64,000 bases of DNA from Selaginella moellendorffii (Eukaryota > Plantae > Lycopodiophyta), in assembly GCF_000143415.4 (NCBI RefSeq), contig NW_003314303.1, positions 987,389 through 1,051,388 of the forward strand, in the 5' to 3' direction. The first letter of the stretch is position 1. Each line of letters begins with the position of its first letter. Under the pieces are notes generated by a model. The model was not told the DNA's origin. It ran no database searches and saw nothing but the letters and a program-made list of their open reading frames with translations. The position numbers and the translations under genes are program-made. This document shows, in pieces, positions 25,129 to 33,594 of the stretch.

Positions 25129-26191
25129 TTTGACTAGAGATCCAAACACTCGAATCTCCTTCGACTTGGAATTTTGTAAATCCCATTGTTGTCCACCCTC
25201 GCCCACACCAGAAAGAAGAAACTCCGAGTATGCAACTATACCGGTGTCGTTGCGGATCACAGCCTCTAAAGAAATAGAGCCAAGACGAAGATCAAAACGC
25301 TGACATAAAAAACTTTCAGAAACAATACTCTGAGAGAATGAAAGAGGTGGGTGATCTTGAAAATGAAGAAGAAACCTCTCCATCCTTCTCAATAGGTTTT
25401 GGAGTTCTCTCTCTTTATGCTACTTGTAAAAATCTATAGTGAAACATAATTGAAATTTAAATAGAGTAATAAGAAGACAATGTATAAAATGAATTTAAAT
25501 TCTATAGCAAATTTAACATGTGTAAGTGTGACAGTATTAATATTACTGTCATCTATTATGATGTCTGATGCATGCATACACATAGATCCAAGGAAAGATT
25601 TTCAGCACGTGAAGTTTGATAGTTAATAATGATACCAGTAATGACATTCTGCTATAACGTGTCAAACCAAGAGATCCAAACTAACTATCAGCATGTGTGA
25701 TATGTCAAGTTGTCAAATTTTGAGTGGTAGATGATAATAAATCTTGTCAAATCTTATTTTTCAATAACAGATTTGATTCGTAGTACAACTCAAGTTTTAT
25801 CCATAATTGTGAACACTGCTCAATGACATTTAAAGCACGTGCCTATTGTTTAGGATCTAATACAGTACAAAATAAATTTCTGGATGAGGATTCATCCATT
25901 CATAGATGGATATAGTACAACATATTTTAACGTGCCTTATTTATACTCTTTGAAGTTCTTGTAACAATTCCAAAATATGTACAAAATAGTGATGAGAATG
26001 CATCCTTTCTAGATAATTTGTAAAATATAATATCATATCTCTAATAACAGAAGTGTTGATAGGTGCTAGTTATACCATCATTAAAATATACAAAATAAAG
26101 AAGCATAATTTACATATAATAATAATGATAAGATAAAATAAGATCAAAGATATTGTGATGGTAGAGATTTAGGTTATTCGGAATGAACGGC

Positions 26192-26608
26192 CAGGATTAG
26201 AGATTGGTTAGGGTTAGGGCAGCCGTCAGGATTAGGGTTAGGGTAGCCGCCAAGATTAGGTTACTGTTCGCATCGTGAGTGGAGCGCGCAAGAGATCGAG
26301 AGATTGAGCGCGAAAGAGATCGGGGGATTGAGCGCGAAGGAGATCGAGCGATTGAGCGTGCAAGAGATCGAGAGATTGAGCGTGCAAGAGATCGAGAGAT
26401 TGAGCGCGTAAGAGATCGAGAGATTGAGCGCGCGAGCGGGAGAGATTGAGCGCGCAAGCAGGAGAGATTGAGCGCACGAGAAGGAGAGATTGAGCGCGCG
26501 AGAAGGAGAGATTGAGCGCGCGAGCAGGAGAGATTGAGCGCGCGAGCAGGAGAGATTGAGCGTGCGAGCAAGAGAGATTGAGTGCGCGAGCGGGAGAGAT
26601 TGAGCGCA
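26192..26608. repeat. minisatellite: TTAGGG-containing ~24-mers followed by 24/22-bp GATTGAGCGCGCGAG.. units
   Basis: GGATTAGGGTTAGGG units at ~26192-26262; about 15 units of GAGATTGAGCGYGC(AAGAGATCGA/GAGCAGGA) at ~26281-26608. Confidence 0.9.
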
Positions 26609-26753
26609 CAAGAAATCTAGCACGATCAAGAAATCGAGGGAGGAAAGATGCCGCCAAGGGTGAGTTTCGATTTGATTGCTTCCACTTCCATTCCATTTCT
26701 TCCCTTTTTTTTCTTGATTGCTTCTTTGCTGGCCGAGGTCGAGCTCGGGCGGG

Positions 26754-26837
26754 CCACCTCGGGCAGTTTTGCTTGCCGAGGGGCCGAGGTTATTTGAATA
26801 ACCTCGGCCCCCTGGGCAGCCAAAGTGCCCGAGGTGG
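26754..26837. repeat. ~84-bp imperfect palindrome (hairpin/cruciform)
   Basis: CCACCTCGGGCA...GGGGCCGAGGTTATT-TG-AATAACCTCGGCCCC...TGCCCGAGGTGG; perfect 15-bp inner arms. Confidence 0.9.
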
Positions 26838-26886
26838 AGTCTAGGCCCACTTGATTTTTTTTTTCTCTTTGACTGTTTGAATTTCT

Positions 26887-27655
26887 NNNNNNNNNNNNNN
26901 NNNNNNNNNNNNNNNNNNNNNNNNNNNNNNNNNNNNNNNNNNNNNNNNNNNNNNNNNNNNNNNNNNNNNNNNNNNNNNNNNNNNNNNNNNNNNNNNNNNN
27001 NNNNNNNNNNNNNNNNNNNNNNNNNNNNNNNNNNNNNNNNNNNNNNNNNNNNNNNNNNNNNNNNNNNNNNNNNNNNNNNNNNNNNNNNNNNNNNNNNNNN
27101 NNNNNNNNNNNNNNNNNNNNNNNNNNNNNNNNNNNNNNNNNNNNNNNNNNNNNNNNNNNNNNNNNNNNNNNNNNNNNNNNNNNNNNNNNNNNNNNNNNNN
27201 NNNNNNNNNNNNNNNNNNNNNNNNNNNNNNNNNNNNNNNNNNNNNNNNNNNNNNNNNNNNNNNNNNNNNNNNNNNNNNNNNNNNNNNNNNNNNNNNNNNN
27301 NNNNNNNNNNNNNNNNNNNNNNNNNNNNNNNNNNNNNNNNNNNNNNNNNNNNNNNNNNNNNNNNNNNNNNNNNNNNNNNNNNNNNNNNNNNNNNNNNNNN
27401 NNNNNNNNNNNNNNNNNNNNNNNNNNNNNNNNNNNNNNNNNNNNNNNNNNNNNNNNNNNNNNNNNNNNNNNNNNNNNNNNNNNNNNNNNNNNNNNNNNNN
27501 NNNNNNNNNNNNNNNNNNNNNNNNNNNNNNNNNNNNNNNNNNNNNNNNNNNNNNNNNNNNNNNNNNNNNNNNNNNNNNNNNNNNNNNNNNNNNNNNNNNN
27601 NNNNNNNNNNNNNNNNNNNNNNNNNNNNNNNNNNNNNNNNNNNNNNNNNNNNNNN
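26887..27655. other. assembly gap (N run)
   Basis: Run of Ns; hides the 5' end of the ParB-MTase gene. Confidence 1.
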
Positions 27656-30563
27656 CACCTGAGATTGTGAATAGCTGGGATCCTATTTGGAGGAGGAAGT
27701 TCCCTAGAATTTGATGACATGCTTATCAGACATCCTGAGACTCAACAGCTTGCGGGGACAATGTTCCAAATTATTGACGGTAACCACTGATATGGAGCTT
27801 GGATGAAGTGTATCGACAATCATTTTTGCGATGATCCTGTCTACCATATCAACGTTCTAGTCAGCCATGTCTACGCGAGGGGACCTTTGGATGTCAACAG
27901 ACTTATCTTGGCCTGCCAAAATATCAATGCGTAAGTTTTATAATTTTAACTCTAACTCCACTTTAACTTGTTTTGTTGTGTTTAAATGTAGGCTTGGGCA
28001 GTTCGCTGTTCAAAAACAAAATCTTGTCCATGACATCGAGCAACTTCGATTTTTGGCAGACTTGAGTGAGGATGACATCCGCCAACATTATGGTGATGAT
28101 CTCGCAACACTTGTTCGGCACTCACGCACTCGAAATGACGGTACAACTTGGTTCAACAACCCAATCAATTTTATGCTCGCTGTGTGGTGTAAGGTATGTC
28201 TTTCCCTTTTATTTTATAAAAGCCTCTTTTAATTATTTTGGTTTTTAGCCTTTGGTGAAGGTCAAGCAGGATGCTTACGAACTTGCATATCCGGAGAAGA
28301 GTCGGGAAGAGCTTTCAGCTGAGTTTGTACAAATTGAGCACAAAATTCAGCATGCAAAGTCCTCAAAGTTGAAGAAACTAGTATGCATTGCAGACAATCG
28401 CAGGCCGAAGGAGTGGCTAGAGACTATAGCCAAAATTTCTTCTCATGAATGTAAGTTTTTTATCACACTTCATTTTTCTTAATTATGCATATGTTACTTT
28501 TGCAGTGAACAAAACTCCAGATGACATGATTTACAATATCGCAAAATCGAAGCTTCCATATAAGCAACAGATAGAGACTCTGGAGTTCCTCAATGTCTGC
28601 TTGATGAACAGAGAGAAAGGACTGCCAGAACTATTTGAGAACATGATGAGAAGGGCTGTCTACATCACGCAAACTATAAGTGAAGGTGAGAAGTTCTTGG
28701 CACCACACATTGGTGACGATCCAGATGGCACATTCATGTCTTTCGACACCTACATCAACACGTCATTGGAAGGGATCGAAGAGGGGTGGCTGCCAAAGAA
28801 GTCTACAAGCACAACAACTTATGATTGCCAATATGGTCAACCTTATTTCATGCGACGTGCAGCTTATAGGTATAATATGATTTCTAAGACTGTTTTTTAA
28901 TATATATTGTTTACAGGTATCTTCGATATAGAGGCATGCCATTTGAGGCACCAGTTTGCACTCGACTTGTTGCAAAGGGTGTAAGAGATGGAGGAATGTA
29001 TCCAACAATGTTTGCGAGAGTTCCAAAGGCACGGAAGATAGAATGCCCTTGGGAGTTGGAGCTCCTAGGGAAGGAGACCTCTACACTAGATCGCGAGGAA
29101 ATTATCAATGCTAGCAACGATGGCAATGCAAGTGACGATGGAGACGAGGATGAGGAAGCTCCAGATCAAGTTCATGTTCCACCACCAGACAGTCAGGAAC
29201 AGGCTCCAATTCAACCATCAAACAACCAAGATCCGGATCAGGTTTTACCAGTAAATAACGATGATCAAGTGGTTCACAGAATATCACGTCGACCTCGAGG
29301 TAAGCAAAAGTGAATTTTACAAACTAAAGGTGGTAATACATATTTTTTGCAGCAATGACTGTTGGTAGTAATTTCATTCCAGCTCGACGAGATGCTCGTG
29401 AAAAGGAGTTGGAGGAACTCTCATCGACAACACGCCATATGACGGTATCATACTATTTATTACTTTTTTCATTCACTTAGCTCTTTTATAGGTCCGTCCT
29501 GTGTCCCCAATAACACAATGAGGCATTGTGGGTATCTTCATTGGCTCTTACAGTAGATTATTGACATCTTTCACGGAAGACGACATCAACATGGATATAC
29601 GCCGCCAGTTCAACCGTTGGTGCCGAAAGATACAAAGGCCCGTGCTCCCAGTTGTGGACTTCATTCTCTTCGACTTTCCAGATGGTCTTTCAGATATTGA
29701 TGGGAAAGTTGAGGATTGGAACTTTCTCACACCTGGCCACTTGCGCGATGCATTCCTATTGTCCGAAGTACTTATGCTCGAAGCTGGCCACATCGTCTTC
29801 ATCCTACCGAACGACCCCAACTGGATGTATGAGCTTATGACGTGCGCAGTAGAAGTTCATTTCAAGTCATTCTCTTCCGGGTGCATTATGGATCCTATTG
29901 GCGTTGATACGAGGGGCGTCCAAGGGAAGCCTGAAAAGGTGAGTATGTATTTTATATTTTTATCTAATTTCTAAACATTTTTATTTTCCAGGTTATGATG
30001 TGGACCTATCATGCCTTCTGCAGAAACACACATGATGGGTTTCGTGATAGCGAACGTGCAGCACGTGTTTTGCCTGGGTACGACAGTTCCACTAACATCA
30101 TACCCAACCTTGTGGATGAGCAGATCCGCAACACGTTTCCAGGGTACCGATTCCGAACTCCATCAGCAATGCAAGTCTTGCTTGAGCTCTATTGCCCACC
30201 AGATGGTATTGTGATTGATTGCACAGCAGGTAGCGGTTCTATGGTGGAGGCAGCACGTGACTCTAGTAGGTCGGTGTTTGCTATTGAAGAACATCATTTC
30301 TTCAAACGCCGGCTCAGAGGATTTCATGAGTTGCCTTCAACCTCAAGGAGGTAAATTATGTTTATTAAAATTTCAATATATATTTCATTCTATTTTATAG
30401 ATCACAGTCACCTGGAGTTTCTAGAATTGGAGGCTTTCGAAGTCTCCCTGACTATGCAGAAGCCATGGCTCAACATATGCAAGATGAATCTTCCCCACAA
30501 TACCACTATAGGAGGAAGTATAAAAGAAATCATTATGTTGATGATGAGGCAGAAGAAAGTTAA
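27656..30563 (+). pseudogene. ParB/Srx-like domain fused to a beta-class DNA N6-adenine/N4-cytosine methyltransferase-like domain (MULE cargo gene), at least 9 exons
   Basis: Exons 27656-27930, 27992-28193, 28249-28450, 28506-28869, 28917-29299, 29353-29444, 29492-29938, 29992-30350 and 30401-30563 splice in frame via GT-AG introns. N-terminal MFQIIDGNH*YGAW; C-terminal VDFILFDFPDG ... LLELYCPPDGIVIDCTAGSGSMVEAARDSSRSVFAIE. Two TGA stops (27788, 29519) and one frameshift near the gap. Confidence 0.8.
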
Positions 30564-30872
30564 TTGCATCCTTACATAAAATGGAAAGCTTGTTATATGT
30601 TAGATGTCAGTGAAAGTGTCAGATGTCAGTAAAATTGTCAGATGTCAGTGTCAGTGTCAGATACCATAATTATAGATTATCATTCTCACCTGTCACCATC
30701 ACTTTGTAGCGTTTGTGTGTTGCCATCTCCTCCTTCAACATTTTGTAAACAATTGTATGTGATATGATAGCACCTTCTAGAACAAGGTATGTTACCTGCA
30801 ACTAATATCATTTTATTATATTTTTTCTTTTAATAGTGACAATACTATAGTATAGTAAAGTAATTCTAGATC

Positions 30873-31418
30873 TTACATTCCCCTATAGGGTGGCCTAAAA
30901 ACCCCATATTTTGCACTAGCCAATGCAGTGTTTCCCAAGGGGATGTTGTTCCTTGCCATGAAGTGATAGTGGGTATGTGTCTGTAACTCATTCTTGAATC
31001 TATTATACATCCACATGTGCACATTTTCCAGACCTGCCGTTGAGCAAGTCTTACAGTGCTCAAGAAAAGTTTGTAAACCCATAGAGCCATTTGTCTTGTC
31101 CAAGAAAAAATAGCATATTGGACACTGAATGTAATAGCGTTCTGTGCTTTCAAGTAGTCCTGCCATGTCAGGAGCAAGATCTTGCAAAAACATGTGGCAT
31201 TGCTCTTGAAGCGCTAAAGGCAATCCCTCTCTAGTAGCAAGATCCGGAATTTCACATATAGGGAGCTCTAATTCAGCTTCACTAGAGCCCTCAGCAGAAA
31301 AAGGATTGTTATGTAGAGGTGAAGGTGGAATGTTGGTAGAACTTGGGGATGGAGGTGGAGATTGATATGAAATGCTAGGGGGCCAAGTACGATTAGCAAT
31401 GGGTCTCCTTTGAGCCAT
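30873..31418 (-). CDS. small zinc-finger accessory protein of the MULE (right copy)
   Basis: Pro/Ser-rich N-terminus followed by YIQCPICYFFLD...GLQTFLEHCKTC...YNRFKNELQTHTHY; a further 3' exon near 30690-30800 is possible. Confidence 0.6.
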   Translation of the reverse strand: MAQRRPIANRTWPPSISYQSPPPSPSSTNIPPSPLHNNPFSAEGSSEAELELPICEIPDLATREGLPLALQEQCHMFLQDLAPDMAGLLESTERYYIQCPICYFFLDKTNGSMGLQTFLEHCKTCSTAGLENVHMWMYNRFKNELQTHTHYHFMARNNIPLGNTALASAKYGVFRPPYRGM

Positions 31419-31506
31419 TTCAATATAAACTTCTAAGGAGCTCAAGGAGAACAAAAAACCTACAATGACTATAACTTTTCTAGATAGTTTATATACTAAG
31501 TTTTAG

Positions 31507-31647
31507 TCTTGGGAATGTGGTTTATTATTATGACACTGACAATACTTAGATTCTTGGGAACGAGGTTTATTTATTATGACACTGACAATACTCAGATTCT
31601 TGGGAATGAGGTTTATTTATTATGACACTGACAATACTCAGATTCTT
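31507..31647. repeat. 3 x 45/46-bp tandem repeat
   Basis: TCTTGGGAAYGWGGTTTATT(T)ATTATGACACTGACAATACTYAGAT repeated three times. Confidence 0.95.
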
Positions 31648-33031
31648 TAAATGTCAATCTTGGAAATGGGGCTTCATAATCATAGCTTTCTTGTAAACAT
31701 AAGAGCTTCTAGAATTTTAGATTATCGTGTATACACATGCTCTATCATTATGATGAATCCTACTTTGCTACACATATATTCTTTTCTACACATGCCAAAT
31801 GTCTACGGAAATAAATTGCAAGGAAATATAGACCACATTATAGTGGTAGAGCACGTTGGCACGCTACCATTCTCTTATGTGAGATTGCCTTTTAGTCTTG
31901 GAAATGTAGATAAAGTTGATTATTTGATGTGATATTACTTTTGAGTCTTTCAAAAGATTTTGATTTCTTTTATCATTATTTACAAACAATTCCCAAAAAC
32001 TTTTAATGAGGATTCACTGCAAAATATACCTTGGTTTTATCATATGAGAGGATTGCGATATAGGCAAACAATAGAGTTTTTAATATGAATTAATATGTAA
32101 ATTACAAATGTCATGGAAAGTTTTATGGAGTAGATTTCTTGGTGCTTTCCACTGTGCTGTTCATTTCTTCATTTCTCTTGCTCTGGACTGTTGTTTCAGA
32201 AGTAACAGGAGCATTTTTATCAATCGTGATAGTGGTCTCCACATTCCCAGATGGGTAATAAGGACCAGGAGTGTAATATGGAGATTGTGGTAGTGAAACA
32301 AAATTAACATTCTCACATTCCTTTGCGCTACAACTCTTACTCACAGATCTTGTATTTTCCTTGCTTCCCATCTTCTCAAGAACCCTAAAAACTCTTTTGA
32401 ATGAAGGAATAGTATCTACAGCTGTAAAAGTATTCAAAATATTAAGTAGTCAAATCAAATATGACAGCTGTAACAGTTGTCGTAATAAAATAATATAGTT
32501 TTATAAAAGATAGGTTCTCATGAACTTTATCTTTTTTAAACAATTCAATCTTATAGAAACTTTTAACTTAGATATTTACGTATTTTAATATTTTAAAGTT
32601 TGCTAGAACCTTCATTTGTTCAATTTAGATCTCCTTTGTAATAATTCTTATTGACTATGTTGACTTGAGTTGACTTGTGTTGAATTGAGCTCAACTCATG
32701 AGCTCAACTCAACTTTGGACCATCCCCTTGGAGATGGGCCATTAGACTCGAGATTGCACTACTCCAAAGCCTATCAAACAATTAACTAAGATAGCAAAAA
32801 CTAATCCACTCGAGAGTGATAGAATTGCTATAGCAAATGAGGTTGTTGAGGAGCTTTGCAATGCAAAGGCAATTGCAGCACCAAGTAGGTGGCTCTTAGG
32901 CTTTAGTTGTACTAATTTTATAGGCAATAAAAAGAGTTTTTTTGAGTGTTATCAATTGAATATAGTGTTCATTTAGGTGATAATACCACTATCTCTATAG
33001 AAGGCATTAGGCTATTTCAGCTCTCACTTGA

Positions 33032-33594
33032 TGTAAGCAACCAAAAAGAACGACTTGAGAGACGATCTATGAGGTTCAAATATAAAGGGAAAGGGCCCAT
33101 GAATAAGAGTGCACCCCCTTTTTCAATCAGTTAAGGGTTTTGGGATATTTGGGGTTAGTTTGAATAATTCTGGGCTAGATGACCTCCCAGAAAGTCCAAA
33201 TTCAATAGTTTACATTTGGTATCAGAAGGGGTCTTAGGTCCGACTTTGTTGATTGGCTAGGGGAATCACACCACATATTGATTGACATCTAGCAAGAGTT
33301 TAGTTTGCTCCCGCTGGGCTTGACCCGAGGGGTAGGGTGTCAAAAGAGTGGAGCTCTCAGAAGAGCTACGGCTCTCAGCTTCCGTTCACAAAGGTGTGAA
33401 CTTGTAGGGAAGCGTGGTGGATTATAAGCAACCAAAGAGAACGACTCAAATATAAAGGGAAAAAGCCCATAAATAAGAGTGCACCCCTTTTTTCTAATTG
33501 GTTAAGGGTTTTGGGATATTTAGAATTAAGTGTTTGGGTTTGAATAGTTCTGGGCTAGATGACCTCCCAGAAAGTTTAAATTCATGAGTTTACA
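33032..33594 (+). mobile_element. Cassandra-type TRIM (5S rRNA-like LTRs), two LTRs
   Basis: LTRs at 33032-33214 and 33423-33594; PBS TGGTATCAGA at 33217; purine-rich tract before the 3' LTR; ~210-bp non-coding interior; LTRs contain a decayed 5S A/C-box region; no clear TSD. Confidence 0.8.

Larger units (their letters stand above)
20603..32726 (-). mobile_element. Mutator-like DNA transposon (MULE), ~12.1 kb, with several accessory genes
   Basis: 9-bp TSD CTTGGAGAT at 20594-20602 and 32727-32735; GGG..CCC ends; imperfect TIRs sharing GAGTTGAGCTCAYGAGTTGAGCTCAATT; internal MULE transposase. Confidence 0.92.

Noticed and set aside
26208-26262. Interstitial telomere
   Set aside because: Only a few TTAGGG units, embedded in a 24-bp repeat.
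26197-27720. Long ORFs with ARSISPAR repeats or X runs
   Set aside because: Artefacts of translating the minisatellite and the N gap.
27656-30563. Bacterial or phage contamination as the source of the ParB-MTase
   Set aside because: The gene has eight spliceosomal GT-AG introns and lies within TSD-bounded plant transposons.
31507-31647. CRISPR-like array
   Set aside because: Head-to-tail repeats without unique spacers, in a eukaryotic context with no cas genes.
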